The position numbers and the translations under genes were made by a program. Positions 1 through 9,733 of a stretch of DNA of 55,029 nucleotides are shown here, piece after piece; positions within the stretch are counted from its first letter, which is position 1, and the number at the start of each line of letters is the position of its first letter. Under the pieces are notes generated by a model that was given only the letters and a program-made list of their open reading frames with translations, ran no database searches and was not told the origin of the DNA. Origin of the DNA: Prosthecobacter sp. (lineage in GTDB: Bacteria > Verrucomicrobiota > Verrucomicrobiia > Verrucomicrobiales > Verrucomicrobiaceae); contig JBILPY010000001.1 in the NCBI GenBank assembly GCA_044373575.1, positions 1 to 55,029 of the forward strand, given 5' to 3'.

Positions 1-332
1 TTCCAGATGCCGAGCATCGTCTGGTTCATCGCAGGGCCATTCATACCCGTGGCATCAATCGTCAGAAGGCCGCCCTCCTCCGCGAGTTTGTAGCTGCCTT
101 CCCCGAGACTGCGACCATCGCCATCGGTGGCGCTGATCTTATCCATCGTGATCGTTAGCTCGCGGATGGTGGCGCGGCGTGCGCCTGTTTCTTCATCGCT
201 CACGACGGCACCTTCCCAGGTTCCGAGCAGTTCCTTTCGCCAAGCGGCATCATCCGCCTGAGCGAGACTGAGAGCAGAAAAGAGCGCTGCGCACAGAAGT
301 CGCAGCCCGGCAGGGAGAAGGTTTGTTTTCAT
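1..332 (-). CDS. Exported hypothetical protein, possibly TIGR03067/lipocalin-like; 3' end runs off the window
   Basis: Hand translation from ATG at 332: MKTNLLPAGLRLLCAALFSALSLAQADDAAWRKELLGTWEG...; signal-peptide-like N-terminus and L-x-G-T-W motif; open to the window edge and absent from the ORF track. Confidence 0.65.
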   Translation of the reverse strand, partial: MKTNLLPAGLRLLCAALFSALSLAQADDAAWRKELLGTWEGAVVSDEETGARRATIRELTITMDKISATDGDGRSLGEGSYKLAEEGGLLTIDATGMNGPAMNQTMLGIW

Positions 333-357
333 CACGCCGCGAGACTCGCTCCCGGAG

Positions 358-398
358 CATGAAACGAAGATGAAAGGCAGATGAAAAGGCTTTCATCT
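358..398. promoter_or_regulatory. Putative OmpR-family regulator binding site (direct plus inverted repeats)
   Basis: (c/g)ATGAAA at 358, 369 and 380 (11-bp period); perfect inverted repeat AGATGAAA-aggc-TTTCATCT at 379-398; lies 25 bp upstream of the ATG at 332 and directly downstream of the kinase gene. Confidence 0.6.
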
Positions 399-426
399 TC
401 GCGGTCGTGCGAAGCAAAGCTGTCCT

Positions 427-1827
427 CTAGCTCATCAACGGGAGCCGCACGGTGAAGGTCGTGCCGTGTCCCACGACGCTCGCAACAGCCACCGAGCCGC
501 CATGCGCCTTCACCAGCGCCTCGACAATCGCCAAGCCGAGACCCGCGCCGCCGTGTTCACGAGCACGCGCTTTGTCCACGCGGTAGAAGCGCTCAAACAA
601 ATGCGGCAGATGCTCGGCACCGATACCGGGACCTGTGTCAGTGACGCACAGCACCGCTTCCGAACTTTCTGCCTGAACTCGAAGCATCACGCTCTCACCC
701 GAAGGCGTGTAGCGGATGGCGTTTTCGGTCAGATTCAGGCACACACGCTCCAATGCGACCGCATCGCCATTCACCCAGACCGGCTCGGCGGCATCGACAC
801 TCAAGGTGATGCGCTTTGCCGCTGCCTGTGCCGCCAAGGCATCGCGCACACGGCCGCACATCGCGGAAACATCCACCGCCTCACGAGTGGCGATGGATTC
901 ACCCGCGTCCGACCTCGCCAGCGACAACAGATTCTCCGTGAGCTTCGTCAACCGTTCGATCTCCTCGCGGCTGCTCTCCAGCACCTCGCGATATTCCTCC
1001 GCAGGCCGCTCGCGACGTAGCGCGACCTCGATCTCGCCACGCAGCACGGTCAGCGGGGTACGCAGCTCGTGCGAGGCATCCGCGAGGAAGCGCTGCTGCG
1101 TGCCGTGAGCGAATTCGAGCTTGTCGAGCAGCTCATTAAAAGCCCGTGCCAGCCTCGCCACTTCATCTTCATCCGACGGCACAAACAACCTCTCCCGCAA
1201 CGTTTCGCCAGAGCCGATGCGATGAGCCGACTCCGCCGCCGCATCCACGGAGCTCAGCCAGGCTTTCGCCAGCACATTGGCCAGCAGCCACGCTACAAAG
1301 GTCGCCGCTATCACTGCGCCGACGAGTCGCGTCAGGATCGAATGAAGACGCGCATCGCGAGCCGACTCCGGCAAGGCCACCTGCGCGAAGCCGATCACAG
1401 CACTCTGACTGTCGCGATACGTCGTCACCGGCACCGAGGCGAGGCGCATTGTCTCGCCATTCTTCAAAGTCACGGTCTCGGTGAAGGAGGACATGTTCGT
1501 CACAGCCGCATCGCGTGCGGAATCCGAGAGCGACAAGGCTTCCTTCAGATTCGCCGACTGGGTGAGCACCACGCCATTTGGATCAACGACCTGCACCCGC
1601 AGGCCAATCTTGTCCGTCTCCAAAAAAGCCTCCATCCATGGCGCGAGGCGCATCGCCATCGGCGTAACCGATTTGGAGAGCACATAGGCTCGGTCACGCA
1701 GCAGGCGATCCGTGTCATCGCGAAGCGCCTCGGCGCTAGATTGAAAAACCCACGCCGCCACGAGGGCCGTCACTACCGCCGTCAGCAGGGTGAAGCTAAA
1801 GACGAGTCTGGCGCGGAAGGATTTCAT
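427..1827 (-). CDS. Sensor histidine kinase, heavy-metal sensor (CusS/CopS-like) type
   Basis: Two TM segments, HAMP (DEVARLARAFNELL), H-box FLADASHELRTPL, N-box NLTENAIRY, G-boxes DTGPGI and GAGLGL. Confidence 0.92.
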   Translation of the reverse strand: MKSFRARLVFSFTLLTAVVTALVAAWVFQSSAEALRDDTDRLLRDRAYVLSKSVTPMAMRLAPWMEAFLETDKIGLRVQVVDPNGVVLTQSANLKEALSLSDSARDAAVTNMSSFTETVTLKNGETMRLASVPVTTYRDSQSAVIGFAQVALPESARDARLHSILTRLVGAVIAATFVAWLLANVLAKAWLSSVDAAAESAHRIGSGETLRERLFVPSDEDEVARLARAFNELLDKLEFAHGTQQRFLADASHELRTPLTVLRGEIEVALRRERPAEEYREVLESSREEIERLTKLTENLLSLARSDAGESIATREAVDVSAMCGRVRDALAAQAAAKRITLSVDAAEPVWVNGDAVALERVCLNLTENAIRYTPSGESVMLRVQAESSEAVLCVTDTGPGIGAEHLPHLFERFYRVDKARAREHGGAGLGLAIVEALVKAHGGSVAVASVVGHGTTFTVRLPLMS

Positions 1828-2501
1828 GCGGCGGAATTTTTCAAGACATACCCCACACCGCGCACGGTGTGAATCAGCGGCGAGGCAAAGCCGCGATCCA
1901 CCTTTTCACGCAGATGATAGAGCGTCACGTCGATCACATTCGTCATCGAGTCAAAATGCTGATCCCACACCTGCTCCGAGAGCCGCGTGCGTGAAATCAC
2001 CTCGCCCTGATGCCGCATCAGGTGCTCCAGCACGGCAAACTCGCGAGCGCTGAGTGCCACCGGCTGGCCTGCTCGCATTACCTTGCGGGCCTTCACATCC
2101 AAAACGAGATCGGCAAAGCTCAGCGTCGTCGCCTCCGCACCGCCGGAACGACGCAGCAGCACTCGCACGCGGGCCAGCAGCTCCTCAAACGCGAAGGGTT
2201 TCACGAGATAATCATCCGCACCGCCATTCAGGCCACGCACGCGATCCTTCACCGCATCCCGCGCCGTGAGCATCAGCACCTTGCAGGGCCGTTTGGCCGC
2301 CCGCAGCGCCTCCAGCACCTCAAAGCCGTCTTTTTTCGGCAGCATCACATCGAGGATGACGAGGTCATAATCGTGCACCAGCGCCAGATCGAGCCCCTCT
2401 TCGCCATCAAAGGCCGCATCCACCGCAAAATGCTCTTCCCGCAGCCCGCGCTCGATGAAGCGGGCCACCTTGGGTTCATCCTCGACGATCAGCAGGCGCA
2501 T
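1824..2501 (-). CDS. OmpR-family response regulator, CusR/CopR-like
   Basis: MRLLIVEDE, LDVMLP, GADDYLVKPF, winged-helix end LIHTVRGVGY; 4-nt overlap with the kinase. Confidence 0.95.
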   Translation of the reverse strand: MRLLIVEDEPKVARFIERGLREEHFAVDAAFDGEEGLDLALVHDYDLVILDVMLPKKDGFEVLEALRAAKRPCKVLMLTARDAVKDRVRGLNGGADDYLVKPFAFEELLARVRVLLRRSGGAEATTLSFADLVLDVKARKVMRAGQPVALSAREFAVLEHLMRHQGEVISRTRLSEQVWDQHFDSMTNVIDVTLYHLREKVDRGFASPLIHTVRGVGYVLKNSAA

Positions 2502-2555
2502 GGCGGGACTCTATGAAGCGACCACACCTCTGGCAAGGCGGCTGTTTCAATGCGC

Positions 2556-3992
2556 TCAAATCTCGCTCGCCTTCGGCACGACGAACGGCGCGCGATACTC
2601 GCGGGTGAGCAGCGCATTCGCGGCGGCGTTATCGAGGAAGCTTTCTTTGTCGCCATCGACGCGGAGATGCTGTCCGAGGGTGAGTTGGGTCTTATCGAGA
2701 TCGACGCCGGCTTCGGTGAGGTAGTGCTTCGTGCGCTCCAGCGTGTCCTGCACGTCTTCGTGTGCCTTAATGTCGCCGAGAGCCTTCGAGATAGCGTTCA
2801 CGGAGGCTGTTTGGCCGAGGCGATACGAGATGTTCGCGATGTGGCAGAGCGCGGTGCTTTGGTGGCCTTCCTCGATGTCGGCGGTGAGGTCGGTGTGCTT
2901 GCGGCTGCGCACGGCCTTGAGGAAGTTGGCGAAGTGATTCTCGGATTTGCCTTCAAAGGCGCGGATGAGATTGCCTTTCGGATCAAAGAGACTCGTGTCG
3001 GCGATGATGCCCTCGCTACCGTAGAAGAACCACATGGATTTGATGGTGGGATGATACGGCGTGGTTTTGAGGCCGCGGGTTTCGGAGACGATGGTCTTGT
3101 CGCCGAAGTCGAAGATACCGACCTGCGAGTTCGGAGTCTCGGCGACGTCCGTGTAGCCGAGTCGGCCGCCGTAGCTCATCACAGTGCGTCCCAGGCCGGT
3201 CACGCCGAGGCCCCAGCGGCAGATGTCGAGCGAGTGGACGTTGTTGTTGCCGATCTCGCCGTTGCCGGTGTCCCAGAACCAATGCCAGTCGTAGTGGAAC
3301 TTCGGTCGCATGAGCTTCGTCATCGGCGCGGGGCCGGCCCACAGGTCGTAATCGCACCTCGGCGGCATCACGCACTCCGCCGGGCCGCCGATGCTGCCGC
3401 GTCCGCTGTAGATGATGCTCTTCGCGAGCTTCACCTCGCCCAGCTTGCCCTCGCGCATGAACTTCACCGCCTCCGCCAAAGCGCCGCGCGAGCGATTTTG
3501 CGTGCCCGTCTGCGCGATGCGCCCGAGCTTCCGCGCTACCTGCACGATGCGGCGGCCTTCCTCGACATTCTGGCTCACCGGCTTCTCGACATACACATCC
3601 TTGCCCGCCTGCATGGCCCAGATCGCCACCAGTGCATGCCAGTGATTCGGCGTGGCGATGAAAACGACATCCACGGATTTGTCTTCGAGCACCTTCCGCA
3701 AGTCCTGCACCTTCTTCGGCATCGGCCGTTTCAATTCGACGAGCAACGCGCCCACCTCATCCGCGCGATCGAGGTCCGGATCGCAAACATACGCCACATC
3801 GCAGTCCGCGAGCCGCGCCAGCTCCCGCGCATGCGCCTTCCCCCGAATCCCGCAGCCAATGATCGCAGCCGTGATCTTCTCATTCGCCGAAACCGCCGTC
3901 GTCTCGACCCCCAGCAGTGTTTTCGGCAGAGCGACCGCCGCAGCAGCCATGAGGGAGTCTTCAAAAAAGCGTCGGCGTGTGGGTGTGAGCAT
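2556..3992 (-). CDS. Gfo/Idh/MocA family oxidoreductase with Tat-like signal
   Basis: TRRRFF twin-arginine leader, IIGCGIRG, ATPNHWH, DVYVEKP. Confidence 0.92.
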   Translation of the reverse strand: MLTPTRRRFFEDSLMAAAAVALPKTLLGVETTAVSANEKITAAIIGCGIRGKAHARELARLADCDVAYVCDPDLDRADEVGALLVELKRPMPKKVQDLRKVLEDKSVDVVFIATPNHWHALVAIWAMQAGKDVYVEKPVSQNVEEGRRIVQVARKLGRIAQTGTQNRSRGALAEAVKFMREGKLGEVKLAKSIIYSGRGSIGGPAECVMPPRCDYDLWAGPAPMTKLMRPKFHYDWHWFWDTGNGEIGNNNVHSLDICRWGLGVTGLGRTVMSYGGRLGYTDVAETPNSQVGIFDFGDKTIVSETRGLKTTPYHPTIKSMWFFYGSEGIIADTSLFDPKGNLIRAFEGKSENHFANFLKAVRSRKHTDLTADIEEGHQSTALCHIANISYRLGQTASVNAISKALGDIKAHEDVQDTLERTKHYLTEAGVDLDKTQLTLGQHLRVDGDKESFLDNAAANALLTREYRAPFVVPKASEI

Positions 3993-4093
3993 GGTGAGGA
4001 GAATACGAAGTCAGTTTGCGAGTTCTCCCGCCAAGGCCAATCTCGTTTTATAGAGAAGGATGCCAATCCGACTCCTCATGTCAGTCTGGCGAC

Positions 4094-4327
4094 ATGAACG
4101 ACACCACTCCTATTGCCGAAACCATACGCCTCCGTGCATTGCAGGCGATGACGTCGGCTAGGCGACTGCGCCTAGCGCTCGTCTGAAGCCGTTCCGTGCG
4201 TGAGCTGACTCAGAACTCTTTACATCCGCAACTGACACCGCAGGAACTTCATCGCCTCCTCGCTGAACGATTGCTGGGGCAGGATCTGGCCCAGAAGGCC
4301 TACGGTCCACTCATCACCCATGGATGA
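4094..4327 (+). pseudogene. Small helical protein (putative antitoxin partner of the nucleotidyltransferase) interrupted by an in-frame TGA
   Basis: Hand translation MNDTTPIAETIRLRALQAMTSARRLRLALV*SRSVRELTQ...LAERLLGQDLAQKAYGPLITHG*; internal TGA at 4184-4186. Confidence 0.6.
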
Positions 4328-4883
4328 CACCCTGCGAGCTGCTTTGGCTGCTGCTGCCGAGCTGGAAAAGCTGGGCGTGCGCTGGTTTCTCGGCGGATCG
4401 CTGGCGAGTTCGATTCACGGCATTCCATGAGCGACTTTTGATGCTGACATCATGGCAGACCTTCGACCTCAGCATGTGCGCCCCTTTCTGCGCGCGCTCG
4501 GAGAGGCATGGTATGCGGATGAGGGTGCGATGCAGGACGCCATTCGAGATCGCTCCTCCTTCAATCTCATTCACCTCGATACCGCGATGAAGGTGGATGT
4601 CTTTGTCCCCAAGTTGCGGCGTTTCGATGGCGGCGAGTTCGCGAGGTCTCAGAGCATCAAACTGGAAGGTTCGGACTTTGAAGCCCGCATCTGCTGCGCC
4701 GAGGACATCGTAGTCGCCAAGCTGGAGTGGTATCGACTTGGCGGAGAAGACTCCGAGCGTCAATGGGGCGACATTGTGGGTGTGCTGAGGCTCAATGCGG
4801 GCAAGCTCGACCTGAAGCTGCTCAACAGCAGTGCTGCCGAACTTGGCGTGGCTGATTTGCTGGAGAAGGCATTGGCTGATTGA
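4320..4883 (+). pseudogene. Nucleotidyltransferase-like protein (putative toxin-antitoxin component) interrupted by an in-frame TGA
   Basis: MDDTLRAALAAAAELEKLGVRWFLGGSLASSIHGIP*ATFDADI continues in frame into ORF 4452-4883 (KVDVF, AEDIVVAKL); the GGS..G.PR.T.D.D motif is broken by TGA at 4428-4430. Confidence 0.75.
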
Positions 4884-4912
4884 TCAATGGCTTCGCGAGC
4901 TAAAGCTCACGA

Positions 4913-5911
4913 CTACTTTGTCAGCTTCGCCGCTTCCGCCTTGGCTTTGGCGAGCACATCGGCCAACGTGACCGGCTTGCCGCCCTGGCGGAGACTTTCA
5001 TCGGCGGCTTCCATAAAGGTGAAGATCTCGATCGTCTCGGCCTCGCTCACGGGCGGTGTTCCCGTGCGGAAGAAGGTGCCGATCTGGCGGCAGAGGGCCT
5101 CGTAGCTGATGGTTTTGGCACCTTGCCGCACACCTTCGCTGCCGAAGACGAGCGCGCCGAACTCTGACTTGCCCTTCACGATGCCGCGATAGGTGCCGAC
5201 GCGGCCGTCCTTCCACACGCCAGTGACTTGATCGGTGACGGGGCCTTTGGTGCGCGAAACGGTCTCGCAGCCGGCGCCCATGAGCGCGAAGAGCGACTCG
5301 ATGCCGTGGATGGCGTAGAAGAAAAGGTCCGGCGTGCCGTCCTGATACGAGCACGGGCCCCACGTCGTCACGCTGAGGATGTCGCCAATCTCGGGGTTCG
5401 TTTTCATGGCGATCAAATCGGCCCCGAAGCGTGAGGACGAGCTGGACCAGACCTTCACGTTGCTCTTCTTCGCGAGTTCAAAGATCGCGATGGCTTCGGC
5501 GAGAGTGCCTGCGACGGGTTTGTCGATGAAGACGGGCTTGCCCGCTTTGAAGATCTCCCGCGCTTCTTGCAGATGGATGCGGCCATCCACGCTTTCCAGC
5601 AGCACCACATCGACCTTCGCAAGTAGTTCAGGAATGGTCGGCACGATCTCCACGCCCATCTCGCGAAGCTGCTGCGTGAACTTCTCTTTGCGATCCTTAC
5701 TGGCCGGCATGTCCGTGCCGCCGGTGTAGCCCGTGGTCACTTTGATGCCTGCGAGTTCACCCTCCGTTTCGCCCTTGTTGAAGAGCTTGGTGAAAGCCGG
5801 CACATGTGAGGTATCGAGGCCGATGATGCCAGCACGGAGCGGTTTGAAGTCGTTTTGAGCGAAAGCAGAGCTGACGACGAGGAGGGAGAGGAGGATGTGT
5901 TTCATGGTCAT
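4913..5911 (-). CDS. Gfo/Idh/MocA family oxidoreductase, exported
   Basis: Signal peptide, GIIGLDTSH, ESVDGRIH, KPVFIDKP. Confidence 0.88.
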   Translation of the reverse strand: MTMKHILLSLLVVSSAFAQNDFKPLRAGIIGLDTSHVPAFTKLFNKGETEGELAGIKVTTGYTGGTDMPASKDRKEKFTQQLREMGVEIVPTIPELLAKVDVVLLESVDGRIHLQEAREIFKAGKPVFIDKPVAGTLAEAIAIFELAKKSNVKVWSSSSSRFGADLIAMKTNPEIGDILSVTTWGPCSYQDGTPDLFFYAIHGIESLFALMGAGCETVSRTKGPVTDQVTGVWKDGRVGTYRGIVKGKSEFGALVFGSEGVRQGAKTISYEALCRQIGTFFRTGTPPVSEAETIEIFTFMEAADESLRQGGKPVTLADVLAKAKAEAAKLTK

Positions 5912-7218
5912 TTCTTCAAAAGGTCCGAAAGGGTCTGTTTGATCACTTTTTCGGAGTTGGGAGCCGCGTAGGCCTGCGAGGGCTCGTAGCCGCCTTCTTT
6001 AAAGGAATGCTCCAGCGGGATGTAGCCGGTGACGCCGTCGCCATAGCTGGCGGTGCAGACGAAGCCGCTGGGGCGCTGCTGCTGGGCGAAGAGCTGATAC
6101 TCGACGAAGCTCTCGCCGGGCAGATGCACAAGGCACACGTCATCGCCGAGGTGCAGGCTGGTGAAGGGGATCGGCTCGCGGTGGCGGATGAAGCCGAGGC
6201 GGAGTGCTGAAACGATGCGCTGCGTGGCGGAGGTGGCGGTGTTTTGCAGCACCTTCAGCATCCGCTCTTCTGGGAACTCGGGATCGGGCTGCAAAACGAC
6301 GGGCACATGTTTCCAGGCGAGCTTCGTGAGCGGCACACGCTTCGCATTTTTCTCGGACTCGACCATGGCTGCATGGATGCGGCCTGCGAGCAGCGGACGC
6401 ATCGCGGGACTGCCGTCGTTGTATTTGCCCGCGCCGATGTTGCCGCCGCAGCCGGTGAAGTAGAGGTGCGGCACGCCGTCCTCCTGCGTGCGCTTTTCAC
6501 GGGCGATACCAGCGAAGTCATGACTCACGATGCCATCGTTATAGTAGCTCATTGGGTGCGTGGCATAGTAGTGCAGCGCGGCGAGTTTCTTGTCGCCATT
6601 CCAAAAGCTCACGGTCTTCAAAAACGGGTCGATGAGTCCCTCGGGAAGCGCACGCAGCGCTTCGTCCTTCGAGGCACTGCCACGCATTTTGCCGACTTTG
6701 CCATCGATGATCTGCACGCGGCGATTTCCGGCCACTTCGAGCACTTTGGCCTCGCCGGTCGAAACATGTGTCACCGGCTGTGGCGCCCTCAATGCCGTTT
6801 TGATGGCCTCGGCGATGCCTTGCAGAGCTTTTTCGGTCGCCGCCGCATCGAGGATGCCGATCTCCGGCAGCAGCTTCTGCGCAGCATTGTCAGCCAGCGG
6901 CGCATTGTGTTGATGCAACGAGTGCAAAGCGACGCGCTCTGCCGAAGTGCCTGCTGCCTTTGCCAAAACCTCACGCCAATAGATATGATCCGCCCCGCGA
7001 ATCTCGCAGAAGTCCACCGCGCAGAGCACGACGGGCTTTTCATCGCTCAGCAACACCACACCGAGCGCCAGCAGCGGCTCGCTGACGCCAACGGCAGGTT
7101 TCACCAAGCCGCCGCACAATGGCGCGCCGATAGGAGGCGTGACATCAGCACGAAACGTGGCGATTTGAACGGCAAAGGCCTGCGCAGAGAGCAGGGAGAG
7201 GCAGAGGAGTGTTTTCAT
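5908..7218 (-). CDS. Exported protein of the neutral/alkaline ceramidase-like PVC family
   Basis: ADVTPP, HSLHQHNAP, YATHP, GCGGN, HLPGESFVEYQ, GGYE motifs; paralogue of the next gene. Confidence 0.7.
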   Translation of the reverse strand: MKTLLCLSLLSAQAFAVQIATFRADVTPPIGAPLCGGLVKPAVGVSEPLLALGVVLLSDEKPVVLCAVDFCEIRGADHIYWREVLAKAAGTSAERVALHSLHQHNAPLADNAAQKLLPEIGILDAAATEKALQGIAEAIKTALRAPQPVTHVSTGEAKVLEVAGNRRVQIIDGKVGKMRGSASKDEALRALPEGLIDPFLKTVSFWNGDKKLAALHYYATHPMSYYNDGIVSHDFAGIAREKRTQEDGVPHLYFTGCGGNIGAGKYNDGSPAMRPLLAGRIHAAMVESEKNAKRVPLTKLAWKHVPVVLQPDPEFPEERMLKVLQNTATSATQRIVSALRLGFIRHREPIPFTSLHLGDDVCLVHLPGESFVEYQLFAQQQRPSGFVCTASYGDGVTGYIPLEHSFKEGGYEPSQAYAAPNSEKVIKQTLSDLLKK

Positions 7219-8579
7219 GGTTGGTGGGAGAGGAGTTTCCGCATCGCGTCCATCAGCACCTTCTCCACCTGCGGCGCGACGCGGGAGACGATGCCGGTTT
7301 CGTAGCCGCCCTGCGTGTAGGCGATCTCGGTGCCGATATAGCCGGTGCCGTAGTCGCCATACGCGGCCATGGCGATGAAATCGTCCGGGCGCATATTCTG
7401 CGCGGCGAGTTGGTATTCCACGAAGAGTTCGCCCGGCATGTGCAGCACGCGCGCGGTGCCGAGGCGCAGGCAGGTGATTGGGATTTGATGTCCGGCGTGC
7501 GTTCGACGCAGGAAGGTGAGATCACGAGCTGCGCGAATGCGGTCAGGCTGTTTCAGTTTCGTGTCGGTGAGCTTCGCGAGGAGTTGTGCCTCGATCAAAG
7601 TGTCGCGCACCGGCATGGCGACGGGCTGCACCTGCCAGCCGATGTCTTTCACGCTGATGGGATGCTTCTTCTGCGAATCCCAGGCGAGCTTCATGCCGTC
7701 GGCGAGGCGTTGGGCGAGTACGGGTCGGTTATCCTTGGCTCCGTCATTGTATTTGCCAGCCGCGACATTGCCGCCCGCGCCATCGAAATGCACGCACGCG
7801 ACGCCGGGCATAGCTTCCGCGCGAAGTTCGCGCGCCATGCCGACGAAGTCCCAATTCACAGAACCTTGGCCGTAGTAGCTTTGTGGGTGCGTGGCATAGT
7901 AGGTCATCGCTGCAACGGGTTTGTCTTCATTCCAGAATGCGATCAGACGAACCAAAGGATCAATCGTGCCTTCCGGTGCCTCGCGCGCGGCGGGATTCTT
8001 GCTACCAGAGCTTTGGCGCTGAAGGATGACCTTGCCAAGCGCGCCGAGGATGCGGCGGTTCGAAGCCACGCGCTCCACCTTGGCGCTGCCGAGACCGATG
8101 TGCGTCACGGGCTGCGCATGAGAAAGCGAATCCTTCGCTGCCGATGTGAGCCGCTGCATCACCTCGCGGTCAAACGCGGCATTGGAATACAGGCCGGGCA
8201 GACCGTGCAAGGTCAAAAGGCGCTCGGTGGCAAAATCACTGCCCGGCGCATCGTGCTGATGCAGCGTGTGGACGGTCACGCGATCACGCGAGGTGCCGAC
8301 GGCTTTTGCGAGCGCCTCACGAAACGCATCATGGCTTTCATTGGCGATGCCCACCCAATCAAACGCACACAGAACGATAGGCTCGCCCGCACCCAGCAGC
8401 ACCACACCTCGAGCGGTGAGTGGCGTGACGATCTCCTTCACCGGCTTCACCGCGCCGTTGCACAAGGGCGAGCCGATGGGCGGCGTAGCATCCACGTTGA
8501 AGGTGGCGAGGCGCAGGGGTTCATCTGCCGCATAGACGACACAGGAGAGTAGCAGAGAGAGAAAGAGTAGCGGCTTCAT
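7215..8579 (-). CDS. Exported protein of the neutral/alkaline ceramidase-like PVC family (tandem paralogue)
   Basis: VDATPP, HTLHQHDAP, YATHP, GAGGN, HMPGELFVEYQ, GGYE; 4-nt overlap with the downstream gene. Confidence 0.7.
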   Translation of the reverse strand: MKPLLFLSLLLSCVVYAADEPLRLATFNVDATPPIGSPLCNGAVKPVKEIVTPLTARGVVLLGAGEPIVLCAFDWVGIANESHDAFREALAKAVGTSRDRVTVHTLHQHDAPGSDFATERLLTLHGLPGLYSNAAFDREVMQRLTSAAKDSLSHAQPVTHIGLGSAKVERVASNRRILGALGKVILQRQSSGSKNPAAREAPEGTIDPLVRLIAFWNEDKPVAAMTYYATHPQSYYGQGSVNWDFVGMARELRAEAMPGVACVHFDGAGGNVAAGKYNDGAKDNRPVLAQRLADGMKLAWDSQKKHPISVKDIGWQVQPVAMPVRDTLIEAQLLAKLTDTKLKQPDRIRAARDLTFLRRTHAGHQIPITCLRLGTARVLHMPGELFVEYQLAAQNMRPDDFIAMAAYGDYGTGYIGTEIAYTQGGYETGIVSRVAPQVEKVLMDAMRKLLSHQP

Positions 8580-8625
8580 GACATCGACGAGAACAAACGC
8601 GGCGACGCGACGTTTTTGCTCCGCG

Positions 8626-9660
8626 ATGATCCGCCTCCTTCCACTCCTCTGCCTCGCCGTGTCACTGACTTCTCTTGCTCAAACCGTTCCTGCTTTGAAA
8701 CCAAAAGTGACCTGGCCTTCACAAGTTGTGAAGGTCGAAATCCCTGCCAGTGATGGGGTGATGCAAAAGGCGATGTGGTTCGCTCCGGCCTCGACGGAGA
8801 AGAAGCCGCTGCTCGTGGGACTGCACACCTGGAGCAGCAACTACGCCTCCGCTGGTGGCGATGCAGTGTATGCGGAATGGGCCATCGCGCAGGGCTGGGC
8901 CTTTGTGCATCCAGATTTTCGTGGGCCAAACTGGACGCCGCAGGCACTGGGCAGTGATCGCGCGGTGCAGGATGTGGTGGAGGCTGTCGAGTGGGCGAAG
9001 AAGCAGACTGCCGTCGATGAATCGCGCATCTACCTCATCGGCGTGAGCGGCGGCGGGCACATGGCGATGCTCATGGCGGGCCGACATCCAGAGATCTGGG
9101 CCGGAGTGAGTGCCTGGTGCGGCATCGGCGATGTGGCTCGGTGGCATACTGAGCACACAAAGGATGGCAATAGCGATCGTTATGCCGAAAACATCGTCGC
9201 CGCGCTCGCCAAAGCTCCGACGAAGGATGATGCCGAGGCATGGAAGCGCTCACCGGAGAGTTGTCTCGCAAATACAGCCTCGGTGCCGCTGGACATCGCG
9301 CATGGCATTCATGATGGCCGCACGGGCAGCGTGCCTTTTGAGCACTCACTGCGTGCCTTCAATGTGGCGGTGAAAGCCGAAGCTCGGCTCGATACAGCAG
9401 CCATCACGAGCTACTACGCGACTCAAACACTGCCGTCGGAATGGTCACCTGCTACGCCAGATGCGAGCTATGGCCTCAAGATACCGCTTTTCCGTGCCAC
9501 AAGCGGCAACACCCGCGTCACCATTTTCGAAGGCGATCACGAGATCGTGCATCAAGCCGCGCTGAACTGGCTGGCGAAGCAGCTCAAAGGCCAACCCGTC
9601 GTGTGGGAGGTGAAGGACTTCATCCCCATCGATGCGGGGCACAGTGCGAGCGGGAAGTGA
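8626..9660 (+). CDS. Exported alpha/beta hydrolase (prolyl-oligopeptidase-like)
   Basis: Signal peptide from MIRLLP, LVGLHTWS, nucleophile elbow GVSGGG, HGIHD, FEGDH; start chosen at ATG 8626. Confidence 0.85.
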   Translation: MIRLLPLLCLAVSLTSLAQTVPALKPKVTWPSQVVKVEIPASDGVMQKAMWFAPASTEKKPLLVGLHTWSSNYASAGGDAVYAEWAIAQGWAFVHPDFRGPNWTPQALGSDRAVQDVVEAVEWAKKQTAVDESRIYLIGVSGGGHMAMLMAGRHPEIWAGVSAWCGIGDVARWHTEHTKDGNSDRYAENIVAALAKAPTKDDAEAWKRSPESCLANTASVPLDIAHGIHDGRTGSVPFEHSLRAFNVAVKAEARLDTAAITSYYATQTLPSEWSPATPDASYGLKIPLFRATSGNTRVTIFEGDHEIVHQAALNWLAKQLKGQPVVWEVKDFIPIDAGHSASGK

Positions 9661-9733
9661 TTGAAAAATCTCACCCTCATCGCCCTGGCAGTGTAGCAGT
9701 GCTCTCCATTCGCGTCTTGTATCTGCGCCATCG

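Noticed and set aside
4094-4883. TGA recoding (Trp, Gly or Sec) as an explanation for the two in-frame stops
   Set aside because: TGA is the normal terminator of many genes in this window (e.g. 9658-9660), and the 4428 codon aligns with an expected Arg, consistent with a CGA-to-TGA mutation
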